A model generated the notes under the pieces. It did no database searches. It was not told the DNA's origin and was given only the letters and a program-made list of their open reading frames with translations. Below, piece by piece: positions 18,416-28,623 of a stretch of DNA of 64,000 nt. Position 1 is the first letter of the stretch; each line of letters begins with the position of its first letter. A program made the translations under genes and the position numbers. Origin of the DNA: Alphaproteobacteria bacterium (GTDB lineage Bacteria > Pseudomonadota > Alphaproteobacteria > RF32 > CAG-239); the NCBI GenBank assembly GCA_045633945.1, contig JAZQZH010000016.1:7620-71619 (forward strand), written 5' to 3'.

Positions 18416-18907
18416 ATGCAGTCATTATTATCAAAAATTAAGCAGTTTTTTAGTGGATCTAAAAAACAAGCTACAACAAAAGAGCAACCAGGTTCTAACC
18501 CCAAAAAACAGCAAAACACTGAACCGACACAAACTCCACCCAAAATCACGGCTCCATCAATTTCAGCCGAAGAAAAGAAGGTGAGAATTGCTCTAGAAGA
18601 TATTGATCTTCAAAACCCTGAAAGAAGCGAAAAATTCTTAGAGATAATCCCTGTGCTTCACAAGTACAGTATTGCTCTTAGTTTTATTAGCAGATACAAC
18701 AAGGTTGCCGCTTATTACTCAAAGACCATTCTAGACCAAAACGGTAACAGACTACCTTTTGAAATAGAAAAAGCCATCATAGAAAGTAAGCACTGCAACC
18801 TTTTATTTGAACTTTCAATTCAGGGACACAAGTGGAGTAACAACGCAAAAGAATTGATGAAGCAACATCACCGCGTTGTGTACTGTCATCTATTTGGTTA
18901 TATATAA
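18416..18907 (+). CDS. hypothetical protein with a disordered Pro/Gln/Lys-rich N-terminus
   Basis: 163-aa ORF with its own terminator downstream. No motif recognised. Confidence 0.45.
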   Translation: MQSLLSKIKQFFSGSKKQATTKEQPGSNPKKQQNTEPTQTPPKITAPSISAEEKKVRIALEDIDLQNPERSEKFLEIIPVLHKYSIALSFISRYNKVAAYYSKTILDQNGNRLPFEIEKAIIESKHCNLLFELSIQGHKWSNNAKELMKQHHRVVYCHLFGYI

Positions 18908-18930
18908 ATATAACCTACAGAAAACCAAAA

Positions 18931-18959
18931 GAGCCTAAAAAATTTCGGGCTCTTTTTTT
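18931..18959 (+). terminator. intrinsic terminator
   Basis: GAGCC...GGCTC hairpin followed by T7. Confidence 0.65.
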
Positions 18960-19074
18960 ATTTTATACTACAAATTATTTGGTTTAAAAACACCCTATAA
19001 ATATTAAATACATTTTGACTTATCTAACAAAATAATATAATATACCTATATATAATAAATAAGGAATTTTTTAA

Positions 19075-21636
19075 ATGATACTAGATAATAAAATCCGTAT
19101 GCTTGCTTCAATATACGGTGTCGAATGTGATGCCCAATTAAAAAATATAGTAAGTATTCTTCAGGCTATGGATGTTTTGCCAAAAGATTTTGACATCAGT
19201 GATGTTAACAGTGTTTTTAGTAACACAAAACTAATAGATGAAATTATAATAAAACACAAAGATGCGGAGTTTTCAAGAATCGTCCACCAAGTATCGGTTA
19301 TCCGAAAAAACAGGAACAATGAACTCACAATATCTTTACCAGAAGATGTGACAGAGCTTCGCTGGACATTAAATACTGAAAACAAAAGTTATTACATGGG
19401 AAAAACCGATGTTAAAAATATGCCATTAGTATATGATAACAATGGCCAACCAATCGAACACTCTATTGGTGAAACAAAATACAGAAAATATAAATTTTCA
19501 TTTCCATTTGACCTAAATATTGGCTACCACCGTGTTTTATTTTCATATAAATCACCAAGTACTAACAATATTGTAGAGCAAGAATCTCGCATAATATCCG
19601 CACCAGAAAAATGCTTTGATAGAATGGATATATATAGTGGCAATAAAACATGGGGCGTTCCTGTACAATTATATGAACAAGTTTCTGAAAACAACCTAGG
19701 AATAGGAAACTTTAGTGATTTAGCTCAATTAGGTAATATGCTTGGACGTAATGGCGCAGGAATAATAGGCGTTAATCCGCTACACGCCATGTGCGACGAC
19801 TATCCTGAAAATGCTAGCCCTTATAGTCCAGATTGTAGAACATTTTATAACTATATTTACCTTGATGTAACAGCTGTAAAAGAATTTAAAGAGAATGAAG
19901 ATATTAGAAGCTACTACCACAGTAAATCGTTTCAAAACAAGGTTGTAAAAAATAAACGCAAAGGATATGTCGACTATGCCGTGACACAAGAATTGGTTGA
20001 TGATATACTAACAAAATGTTATCAAAAATTTATATCATCAGGATCATTCTTAGATCAAAGCGAATTTAATAGTTTTTGCCACCAGCACGGTGAAGATCTT
20101 ACAATGTACGCAACCTTCCGCGCAATTTGTAAACACTTATCACAAAAGAAACCAGCTCCAACCAGATGGGAACAATGGCCCGAAGAATTTCGTCATCCAG
20201 AAAGCCCTGCTGTAAAAAAATTTCAAGAAGAACACAAAGAGCTTATCGGATATTATAAATATAATCAATGGCAGTGCACCAAACAACTCGAGCAAGTACA
20301 CAGAACATGTTTAAGCTCTGGTATGAAAGTTGGTTTATACACCGATATGGCAGTGGGTTGCACAAATAGTGGTTTTGAATCTTGGTGTTATAGAGACTTA
20401 TACATAAATGCTACAGCTGGAGCGCCTGTTGATGTACTGAGTCAAAACGGCCAAAACTGGCAATTACTAGGTTTTAATCCTCTAAAATTAAGAGAAAAAG
20501 GATACGAACCATATCGCAAAATCATCAGTGCAAGCATGAAATATGCTGGATGTACACGTATTGACCACGTATTACAATTACAAAGATTGTTTATGATACC
20601 TAAAAACTGCACACCAGCAGACGGAGCTTTTGTATCATACAATCCCGACGAACTAATGGCTATAGTGGCTCTTGAGAGCCATAAAAATCAAACAATGGTA
20701 ATCGGTGAAGATTTAGGAGTATTGCCAAACGGCTTCCGCCAAAAACTTGAAGACTTCGGAATATTATCATATAGAGTACTCCCTTTTGAAAGAGAATGGG
20801 GATATCAATCCGGACACGGCTCAAATGCAATGAAACATCCAGAAGAATATCCTTGCCTATCTGTTTGCGCAACATCAACTCACGATACTCCTCCGCTAGC
20901 TTGCCAGTGGAATGTACAAGATGTTTATCAAAAACATAAACTTGGCGTAATAACTGACATTCAGGCTGATGATAAGTTTGAACAATACGCAACACAACGA
21001 GAAGCTCTCAACTATGCTTTAGAAGAAAAAGGGTGTTGGCAACGCGTTGGAGGGAGTGCTTGCATGCGCCCACGACAAGATGCAGCTAAGCTTCCTGAAA
21101 AATACACCCAAGCTGTAATGGACTATTTAGGACAAAGTAATTCCGTTATAATGCTTGTTCCTTTTTCTGATATTTTTGAAACAAAAGAAATGGGTAACAT
21201 CCCTGGTGTAGCAGAGCTCGCAATTTCAGAAAAAGAAACATTAAATGAAATCAATATGGATTTAGCATATCCAAATTGGCGCAAAAAAATGCATATACCT
21301 ATTGAGCACATAGAAGATGTTCCAATATTTAAAGAAATTGTTGGAATATTAAATAAATATAGAGACAAAGGTATTGATGAAAGAGGAAAGTATTTCCAAT
21401 TCCAACGCATGGGTGAAAGTAATTCAAGTACTATAGATTTTGATCACTATTATAGTATTTATAACAGAATCAAAAACAACAAGGCATTCACTCAAGAAGA
21501 AATTATTAAACACCGATACTCCAAAGAGCGTTGCGACAGACTTCGAGAGTTAACTGCTCAGCAAAACGAATACTTCCAAGAACAAACAGAAGCATTTGAT
21601 AAACACATGTTAGAGCAAATAAAAAATGAAAGATAA
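19075..21636 (+). CDS. malQ: 4-alpha-glucanotransferase (GH77 amylomaltase), long form with N- and C-terminal extensions
   Basis: GH77 core starts near residue 190 (WGVPVQLYE....LGIGNFSDLAQLG.....GAGIIGVNPLH) and includes RIDHVLQL and VIGEDLGVLP motifs. 853 aa. Confidence 0.85.
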   Translation: MILDNKIRMLASIYGVECDAQLKNIVSILQAMDVLPKDFDISDVNSVFSNTKLIDEIIIKHKDAEFSRIVHQVSVIRKNRNNELTISLPEDVTELRWTLNTENKSYYMGKTDVKNMPLVYDNNGQPIEHSIGETKYRKYKFSFPFDLNIGYHRVLFSYKSPSTNNIVEQESRIISAPEKCFDRMDIYSGNKTWGVPVQLYEQVSENNLGIGNFSDLAQLGNMLGRNGAGIIGVNPLHAMCDDYPENASPYSPDCRTFYNYIYLDVTAVKEFKENEDIRSYYHSKSFQNKVVKNKRKGYVDYAVTQELVDDILTKCYQKFISSGSFLDQSEFNSFCHQHGEDLTMYATFRAICKHLSQKKPAPTRWEQWPEEFRHPESPAVKKFQEEHKELIGYYKYNQWQCTKQLEQVHRTCLSSGMKVGLYTDMAVGCTNSGFESWCYRDLYINATAGAPVDVLSQNGQNWQLLGFNPLKLREKGYEPYRKIISASMKYAGCTRIDHVLQLQRLFMIPKNCTPADGAFVSYNPDELMAIVALESHKNQTMVIGEDLGVLPNGFRQKLEDFGILSYRVLPFEREWGYQSGHGSNAMKHPEEYPCLSVCATSTHDTPPLACQWNVQDVYQKHKLGVITDIQADDKFEQYATQREALNYALEEKGCWQRVGGSACMRPRQDAAKLPEKYTQAVMDYLGQSNSVIMLVPFSDIFETKEMGNIPGVAELAISEKETLNEINMDLAYPNWRKKMHIPIEHIEDVPIFKEIVGILNKYRDKGIDERGKYFQFQRMGESNSSTIDFDHYYSIYNRIKNNKAFTQEEIIKHRYSKERCDRLRELTAQQNEYFQEQTEAFDKHMLEQIKNER

Positions 21637-21642
21637 CACGCA

Positions 21643-21669
21643 AAACTCTCCACTTTGGAGAGTTTTATT
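21643..21669 (+). terminator. intrinsic terminator after malQ
   Basis: AAACTCTCC-ACTTT-GGAGAGTTT hairpin followed by a T-rich run. Confidence 0.65.
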
Positions 21670-21766
21670 CATTATAAAATAAAAATCTTTTCTATTGCAA
21701 ATGTAATACATTTCAGATATAACGAGCATTAATTAACGTTAATAAAAAACTATTTAGGAGCTAAAA

Positions 21767-22879
21767 ATGGGTTTCAACTGTGGTATTGTTGGTCTTCCAA
21801 ATGTAGGTAAATCAACATTATTTAATGCACTAACACAAACAATCGCAGCACAAGCTGCAAACTTTCCATTCTGCACAATAGAACCAAATACTGGACGTGT
21901 AGCTGTACCAGATAACCGCCTACAAGAATTAGCAAAAATTGTTAATCCCAAAAACATCATCCCAACTCAATTAGAGTTTGTAGATATTGCGGGCCTAGTT
22001 AAAGGTGCATCTAAAGGAGAAGGTTTAGGAAACCAATTTTTAGCCAACATCCGCGAAACAGATGCTATTATTCATGTGTTACGTTGTTTTGAAGACGGAA
22101 ACATCACTCACGTAGAAGGATCTGTTGATCCAATTCGCGATGCAGAAATTGTAGAAACAGAATTAATGATTGCAGATTTAGAATCATTAGAAAAACGCTT
22201 TGAACAAACAAAAAAGAAAGCTCAAACAGGTGGTGATAAAGAAGCTAGTGTTAGAGCAAGGGTTATGGAGCCAATCATCAATGCCCTAAGAGAGGGAAAG
22301 CCTGCTAGAACTGCAGCTCCAGATTCTGCGGATAAAGACGCATACAAGCAATATCAAATGCTTCAATTATTAACATCAAAACCCGTTTTATATGTTTGCA
22401 ATGTTGATGAAAATAGCGCCTCAACTGGTAATGAATTTTCTAAAAAAGTTTTTGAAAAAGCAGCATCAGAAAATGCTAAAGCTGTCATCATTTCTGCAGC
22501 TATAGAGTCAGAAGTTGCACAACTTGATAGCGAAGAAGAAAAGCAAGAGTTTTTATCAGCTCTTGGCCTTGAAGAAACTGGTTTAACAAAAATCATAAAA
22601 GCCGGGTATTCTCTGTTAGGTCTAGAAACATATTTTACAGCTGGTGTAAAAGAAGTTCGCGCATGGACATTTATCAAAGGATCAAAAGCTCCACAATGCG
22701 CCGGCATAATACACTCAGATTTTGAAAGAGGCTTCATCAGAGCAGAAACAATTGCTTATGAAGATTATATAAAATTTGGCGGCGAACAAGGGTGTAAAGA
22801 AGCAGGAAAGATGCGTTCCGAAGGCAAAGAGTATATCGTAAAAGATGGTGACTTACTAAACTTCCTATTTAATGTTTAA
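21767..22879 (+). CDS. ychF: redox-regulated ribosome-binding ATPase YchF
   Basis: [19 protein letters not shown]-loop, and a C-terminal domain ending [12 protein letters not shown]. Confidence 0.96.
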   Translation: MGFNCGIVGLPNVGKSTLFNALTQTIAAQAANFPFCTIEPNTGRVAVPDNRLQELAKIVNPKNIIPTQLEFVDIAGLVKGASKGEGLGNQFLANIRETDAIIHVLRCFEDGNITHVEGSVDPIRDAEIVETELMIADLESLEKRFEQTKKKAQTGGDKEASVRARVMEPIINALREGKPARTAAPDSADKDAYKQYQMLQLLTSKPVLYVCNVDENSASTGNEFSKKVFEKAASENAKAVIISAAIESEVAQLDSEEEKQEFLSALGLEETGLTKIIKAGYSLLGLETYFTAGVKEVRAWTFIKGSKAPQCAGIIHSDFERGFIRAETIAYEDYIKFGGEQGCKEAGKMRSEGKEYIVKDGDLLNFLFNV

Positions 22880-22885
22880 AAAATA

Positions 22886-22918
22886 AAATCCCACATGCAA
22901 ACAAAACATGTGGGATTT
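22886..22918. terminator. bidirectional terminator between convergent ychF and trxB
   Basis: 12-bp perfect stem AAATCCCACATG/CATGTGGGATTT flanked by an A-run and a T-run. Confidence 0.75.
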
Positions 22919-22935
22919 CTTATATTCAAAATAGA

Positions 22936-23871
22936 CTAATCTCTATCCAAAAACTCTACTGCATCCATCGCTGCCATAGCTCCACTCCCCGCAGAAATAA
23001 CAGCTTGTTTATATTTTGGATCTTTCACATCACCAGCTGCAAAAACACCCTCAATATCAGTTTCAGCAGAGCCATTATTTGTTACAATATATCCCTTTGC
23101 ATCCAAAACAAGATTGCCTTTAAATACGTCTGTATTTGGAGTATGACCTATAGCAACAAACACGCCATCAAGCACAATATCTTTAATTTCATCTGTTTCA
23201 ACATTTCTAATTTTAAGACCTGTAACTTTCTTTGGTTCATCTTGTCCAATAATTTCTTCAACCACACTATTCCACTCAATCACGATTTTTTTATTACTAA
23301 GAACTCTATCTTGCAAAATTTTATCAGCACGAAGTTGATCTCTTCTGTGTACCATTATAACCTTATCTGCCAACGTTGATAAATAAAGAGCTTCAGCCAC
23401 CGCAGAATTACCACCACCAATTACAGCAACAGTTCTCCCTCTATAAAAGAAACCATCACAAGTAGCACATGCAGACACACCATAACCTAAATATTTCTTT
23501 TCAGACTCAATATTTAACCATTTAGCGGATGAGCCCGTTGCTACAATAATAGCTCTAGCTTTATAAGAATGCCCGTTTTCTGAACTGCAAATAAAAGGAC
23601 GATTAGAGAAATCAACTTCAACAATGTAGTCATTAACAAATTCAACACCAAGTTTTATTGCTTGTTGTTTCATTTTACCCATCAACTCATAACCACTAAT
23701 ATCTTCAAACCCTGGAAAATTTTCAATACTAGCTGTCATGGTTAATTGACCACCTTCTTGATTTCCAGAAACAATAGTTACTTTTATACCAGCCCTTGCT
23801 GCATATATTCCGGCAGTATATCCAGCAGGTCCAGAACCCAAAATCAATAAATCAGTAGTATAAAGCGCCAT
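22936..23871 (-). CDS. trxB: thioredoxin-disulfide reductase
   Basis: GSGPAGYTAGIYAAR FAD motif, redox-active CATCDG, GGGNSAVAEA NADPH motif; 311 aa. Confidence 0.95.
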   Translation of the reverse strand: MALYTTDLLILGSGPAGYTAGIYAARAGIKVTIVSGNQEGGQLTMTASIENFPGFEDISGYELMGKMKQQAIKLGVEFVNDYIVEVDFSNRPFICSSENGHSYKARAIIVATGSSAKWLNIESEKKYLGYGVSACATCDGFFYRGRTVAVIGGGNSAVAEALYLSTLADKVIMVHRRDQLRADKILQDRVLSNKKIVIEWNSVVEEIIGQDEPKKVTGLKIRNVETDEIKDIVLDGVFVAIGHTPNTDVFKGNLVLDAKGYIVTNNGSAETDIEGVFAAGDVKDPKYKQAVISAGSGAMAAMDAVEFLDRD

Positions 23872-23880
23872 TATAGTCTC

Positions 23881-24540
23881 CTAGTTTAATAGTTTTAATG
23901 TTTTCTCTCTCAATTTTTTTATGCGTTCAGCCTGATCTTTATCTCCAAGCAAATCATATAATACCGTTAACTGGCTACAAATATTTAACGCATCTTGGTA
24001 TTTAGTATAAAAACTTTCTTCCTGACTTGTAACTTCAATCAAAGCTTTTTCCAAAAACAAAATTTTAATACGTGGTGTCTCAGCTTTTTTAGCTAAAAGC
24101 ATATATGCTGAATATTTGTCTTCCTTCTTGTGATTTTCAGCCCATGTTTCCTCAATTCTTACCAAAGCGTCTTCATCACCTAAATAATAATATATTTCCT
24201 TAAGCATAAACAGTATGCGATTTTTTTCTTCAATATTATGAGCAAACGCCAAAGATTGATTATAATATTCTATTACAAGAAAGTATTTACTATTATCTTG
24301 ACTTTGTAAAGCCTCTTCATAATAAATATCGCCAAGTTTTGCATATATCCAAAACAAAATCACTCTAATATTTTGAGAATAATCTTCTTTACCTTGTAAA
24401 AACTTCACAAAATAACGAATAGCTGCACTATATTGAATAATTTTTGCCTCATTACTCATATATTTTTCTCGTTCCTGAATTATTTTATATAATCTCAAAA
24501 ATTGAGCCTCATTATTATGCTGTATCAAATTATTATGCAT
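23881..24540 (-). CDS. hypothetical TPR-like helical-repeat protein
   Basis: 219 aa with recurring LGD..Y/A..A-type helix pairs (LGDIYYEEA, LGDEDALVRIEE, LGDKDQAERIKKL). 9 nt upstream of trxB. Confidence 0.5.
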   Translation of the reverse strand: MHNNLIQHNNEAQFLRLYKIIQEREKYMSNEAKIIQYSAAIRYFVKFLQGKEDYSQNIRVILFWIYAKLGDIYYEEALQSQDNSKYFLVIEYYNQSLAFAHNIEEKNRILFMLKEIYYYLGDEDALVRIEETWAENHKKEDKYSAYMLLAKKAETPRIKILFLEKALIEVTSQEESFYTKYQDALNICSQLTVLYDLLGDKDQAERIKKLREKTLKLLN

Positions 24541-24555
24541 TTTTACCTCGCGTGA

Positions 24556-24822
24556 TTACAATACACCACCTGTATTTACACAATAATCTTCATTATTTAA
24601 TTTATATTTTTTATGTACTGCACATTTTAAACAAATACATCCTCGATTCTCAGAAATACAATCACTTTTTTCAAACGCACAAAACATCTTTTCATAGTGA
24701 TTAAGATTTTCAATACATCCATTTTCAAAGGTGTTATTTTTATTTTTACACGCTAATGTATATGATAGACATTTAACACATATACACTGTTCTGCATTTT
24801 CCAAAGTTTTATCTACACGCAT
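24556..24822 (-). CDS. small cysteine-rich protein (11 Cys in 88 aa; resembles DUF2769-type proteins)
   Basis: Internal duplication of C-I-C-x-K-C (CICVKC and CICLKC). 15 nt upstream of the TPR-like gene. Confidence 0.5.
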   Translation of the reverse strand: MRVDKTLENAEQCICVKCLSYTLACKNKNNTFENGCIENLNHYEKMFCAFEKSDCISENRGCICLKCAVHKKYKLNNEDYCVNTGGVL

Positions 24823-24912
24823 ATTCTACCTCCTTAAATTTTAACAACGATAAAATATGCTAAAAACTCTCTAAAACAACACCCTTTACCCTATATTTAT
24901 GTTTTATAAACA

Positions 24913-25194
24913 CTAAATTATCATAAATCTACCATCAACAACTTCAGGTAGATCATTTTGTTGTAGCAAAACTGATATTGTATCAACTCTAGCCCAAACA
25001 GGCCCTTCATAGCAAGCTTGCAGCATCAAATTAATACTATCATCATCACCTTTCATCAACATCTCAACACTTCCATCATACTCATTACGAATCCAACCAG
25101 AAACGCCACCAATTCCCTGCGCCTTTTTAACCACCCATCTGCGAAAACCAACGCCTTGCACTCGGCCTTCAATCTTAACATGAAGCTCTTTCAT
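24913..25194 (-). CDS. acyP: acylphosphatase
   Basis: 93 aa with the VxGRVQGVGFR signature. Confidence 0.9.
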   Translation of the reverse strand: MKELHVKIEGRVQGVGFRRWVVKKAQGIGGVSGWIRNEYDGSVEMLMKGDDDSINLMLQACYEGPVWARVDTISVLLQQNDLPEVVDGRFMII

Positions 25195-25209
25195 ATAAAA
25201 AAACTTATC

Positions 25210-27291
25210 CTATTTTTTACCAACATTACCAGATAGAAAGTTTATCAAGTTTTTAGTCGTATTTTTAACACTTCCCATGCTGTCATTCAATATTTTCCCA
25301 ACATCTCCAGATGTTGTTGAAGATATATTCTTTGGCTTAGGGAATTTGCTTTCATATCCTGTTCCCACCAAAGCAGTATAACAAGGAGATCCATCATTTT
25401 CTAAAAGTATTTGCGCTCCCAAATATACAGGACCAGCTGTTGTAACACCAACAATAGTTTTTATAGCATTTGCTCCATCTATTCCTATTTTAGGCTTACT
25501 AACAGTTCCTGTTAATCTAACCAAAGAAGATAGTGCCTTTGCTATATTTGTATCTGTTATTTTACCTGCAAAAGGTTTTATACTTATATTAAGCTTGTCA
25601 TTTCTTAAGTTGATATCCCCATCTGCAACAACCGTAAATTTATCTGCATTAATAACTATACCATTTGGAAAAATAAGTTTTCCATTTTTAAAATCGGCAC
25701 GAATAACCGCACAACTCATATCCAAATCATCATTACCTTTTGTCACCTTAATAGTATTTAATAATTGAGATACAATATTACCTTTTAGCACCCCAATGTT
25801 ACCTAAATGTAATTGCGTTTTATTAACAATCAAAGAAGCATTTCCATCTAAGCTTTCTAATAGACTAGCATATGTATCACCACTTCCTTTAATATCAAGA
25901 TAAAAATCTGTTCCAGAATTAGTAACAACATTAAAATTAGCAGATTGAAGATCTAAAGCCTTAAGTAAATTTACCAACTTAATACCACTAATATTCATTT
26001 TAGCATCTAAACTCTTTGCTGCAGCACTCAGTTTAAAATCAGCTTTTATATTTCCATCTCCAATAACCCCTTTTGTTATTTTAAGCTGAGCCACACCATT
26101 TTGTGTACTCACATCAAAATACAAATTTTTACCAATAATATTTTTCTTACGAAGCAGCTCTTTAATAACAATACTAACACTTCCATTTACTAATCCCAAA
26201 TAATCATATGGTATTGGCAAATTAGAAACCAACTCTGTTGCTACAGCCTCTTTAATAAACGGATTCCTTATAGCAACTTTATGCGTTTTCTCAACAAATG
26301 AAATATCAATTTTATCAGATAACAAACTACCAATAATAAGAGGAGTTTTATTGCTTAAATCACAAGATATTTCACCTTTGATAATATTCTTTGCAACATT
26401 TAACTCCTTAATATTGACTTTAATCTTCTTCAAATCACCATCAACGTCTACATCAACAAATTCATTGTAACCACTATTTTTTCCCATAAAATTAGAAACA
26501 AATACATTTCCTTTAAATGACACATCACCCAAAACATCATTTAGTAGCAATTTTGTAACAATATCGATTCCCTGTACTCTAAATTTTGCATCAATAGGAT
26601 ATCCGCTATTTGACATCAAAAGCGGCAAGCGACCAATAACACCTTCACCTTTATATTCCCCGTTATTTACATCAAAATTAAAGTCAATGTTTTCACTACT
26701 ATTCTCTTCTAAGCTTAATTTGTTAATATGATAACTTTGTGTTTTGCCATTTTTATCAAAATAATTAATTTTTACATTATCCAGCAAAACATCTTTGATT
26801 GTAATAGAAGAAAAAATATCAAAACCATCATTTGCTTTTGCGCTTTTAATTACTTCAAAATTATACGATATTTTTGTACTGTACACAACATCGACACCAA
26901 CATCAAAAGTCCAGTTATTTTTTCCATCCTTTGATTCTTCCAGATTTATAATAGCATCATTCACTCTAAACTCTGTTATAACAAACTCCTTATTAATTAA
27001 AGGCAACAGCTCAACTCCAACATCTATTGATTTCGCACTAATCATCTCACTTTGAGTTGCCCATTTAGCGTTAGATAATTCAACATCTCTAACCTCCAAA
27101 ATAGGAGTGAAAGATGCTTTAAATTTTATATCACCAAGTTTTAGATTTCTTCCTGTAGATTTATTTACCATCTTAATAACTGCTTCTTTGTATTGATTAA
27201 TATCAACTTGAGAAATCAATACATATCCAGCAATTATCAATATTAAAAATAAAGATAAAACAGCTCCAAAAACAATTTTCAAAAATTTCAT
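25210..27291 (-). CDS. AsmA-family outer-membrane assembly protein
   Basis: 693 aa. N-terminal anchor helix followed by a long beta-rich repetitive region typical of AsmA/TamB-like proteins. Confidence 0.75.
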   Translation of the reverse strand: MKFLKIVFGAVLSLFLILIIAGYVLISQVDINQYKEAVIKMVNKSTGRNLKLGDIKFKASFTPILEVRDVELSNAKWATQSEMISAKSIDVGVELLPLINKEFVITEFRVNDAIINLEESKDGKNNWTFDVGVDVVYSTKISYNFEVIKSAKANDGFDIFSSITIKDVLLDNVKINYFDKNGKTQSYHINKLSLEENSSENIDFNFDVNNGEYKGEGVIGRLPLLMSNSGYPIDAKFRVQGIDIVTKLLLNDVLGDVSFKGNVFVSNFMGKNSGYNEFVDVDVDGDLKKIKVNIKELNVAKNIIKGEISCDLSNKTPLIIGSLLSDKIDISFVEKTHKVAIRNPFIKEAVATELVSNLPIPYDYLGLVNGSVSIVIKELLRKKNIIGKNLYFDVSTQNGVAQLKITKGVIGDGNIKADFKLSAAAKSLDAKMNISGIKLVNLLKALDLQSANFNVVTNSGTDFYLDIKGSGDTYASLLESLDGNASLIVNKTQLHLGNIGVLKGNIVSQLLNTIKVTKGNDDLDMSCAVIRADFKNGKLIFPNGIVINADKFTVVADGDINLRNDKLNISIKPFAGKITDTNIAKALSSLVRLTGTVSKPKIGIDGANAIKTIVGVTTAGPVYLGAQILLENDGSPCYTALVGTGYESKFPKPKNISSTTSGDVGKILNDSMGSVKNTTKNLINFLSGNVGKK

Positions 27292-27296
27292 AAACT

Positions 27297-28226
27297 CTAC
27301 TCCTTAAAACTCAAACCCAATGTTTTTATCGTCTCGCTAAAATGTTGAGGCAGCTTTGCCTTAATTATAACTTTTTTATTATACACAGAAGATAAATCTA
27401 TTTGATAAGCATGCAGATGTAATTTTTTTGCAAATAAACTATTCTTATCTCTTGTTTCTCCAAAATATTTTTCATCACCAAGTATTGGCATATTCAAATA
27501 TTCCAAATGAGCTCTAATCTGATGCGTTCTACCTGTTAAAGGACTGGCTTTTACTAGAGAAAATTTATCTGCAACATTATCCAATATTTCATATTCTGTA
27601 ATAGCAGTTTTTCCACCATCAACAACCTGTACTCTGCCATCAATCTTATCAAGTGGCGCTTTTATTTCTCCTGACATTTTAGATGCACACCCTCTAGCAA
27701 CAGCTAGATATGTCTTCTTTAAACTATGTTCTCTAAAGGCCTTTGTCAACACATCTGCCATTTTTCTATCTCTTGCCAAAACCAACACGCCACTTGTGTC
27801 TTTATCAATTCTATGCACCAATTTAGGCTTTTCTTCTTTATCAAATTTTAATGCCTCAAGCATACCATCAATATGTCTTTGAGTATTTGTTCCACCTTGA
27901 ACAGCAAGACCAGAAGGTTTATTTAAAACAATTATCTTTTCATCTTTATAAATAACTAGGCTTTCAATATACTTTGCATCACTATCTGAAACACCATTAA
28001 AACTTTGCTCTTTTTTCTCATTATCCAACGGCGGAACTCTAACTTCAAACCCTGCTTCAAGACGTGTGTTGGCATCAGCTTTAGCTCCATTAACTTTTAT
28101 TTGCTTTGTTCTAACAAGCTTTTGAAAACGCCCCAAACTTAAACCAGGATAGTATTTTAAAAACCATCTATTTAAACGCATACCATCATCGATTGGTTTT
28201 ACTTTTATAATTTGAACACCAGACAT
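27297..28226 (-). CDS. rluC: RluA-family 23S rRNA pseudouridine synthase (RluC/RluD-like, N-terminal S4 domain)
   Basis: HRIDKDTSGVLV catalytic Asp motif and GRTHQIRAH motif. Confidence 0.88.
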   Translation of the reverse strand: MSGVQIIKVKPIDDGMRLNRWFLKYYPGLSLGRFQKLVRTKQIKVNGAKADANTRLEAGFEVRVPPLDNEKKEQSFNGVSDSDAKYIESLVIYKDEKIIVLNKPSGLAVQGGTNTQRHIDGMLEALKFDKEEKPKLVHRIDKDTSGVLVLARDRKMADVLTKAFREHSLKKTYLAVARGCASKMSGEIKAPLDKIDGRVQVVDGGKTAITEYEILDNVADKFSLVKASPLTGRTHQIRAHLEYLNMPILGDEKYFGETRDKNSLFAKKLHLHAYQIDLSSVYNKKVIIKAKLPQHFSETIKTLGLSFKE

Positions 28227-28319
28227 ATTTTCCTCATAAATATTAATCTTTCCAAAGAATAACCAAATAAAACCTATTTTACAAGTTTTAATTCATAAAA
28301 AAATAAAACCGATTCCATT

Positions 28320-28562
28320 CTATGGATTCGGTTTTATCACTCGTTGCACTAACTTTAAGTCTTCTTCACCCAAAGCATTTTGTCTCTTTTTTTGTTTTGT
28401 AATAAATCTTTTTAATCCCTCTTCAGAAACAGTCTCAAGCTTATATATCTTAATCTCGTACTTTGTTTCTAAAACATGTAAAAGCTCCGAAAGATTAGTT
28501 GATTTATCATATCCCAAAAAATCAGCTAACAACACTCTTAGTTCTTCATTGTTTTCAATCAT
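28320..28562 (-). CDS. hypothetical small protein (80 aa)
   Basis: ORF only; no motif recognised. Confidence 0.35.
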   Translation of the reverse strand: MIENNEELRVLLADFLGYDKSTNLSELLHVLETKYEIKIYKLETVSEEGLKRFITKQKKRQNALGEEDLKLVQRVIKPNP

Positions 28563-28623
28563 ACATACTAATATTTAAATTATAAAAAAACACTATGAAA
28601 ACTATTATGAAAACACCTTAAAG

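Noticed and set aside
22363-23379. 124-aa ORFs antisense to ychF (22363..22737) and trxB (23005..23379)
   Set aside because: Both lie fully within conserved genes on the opposite strand. They have no RBS and no recognisable motifs.
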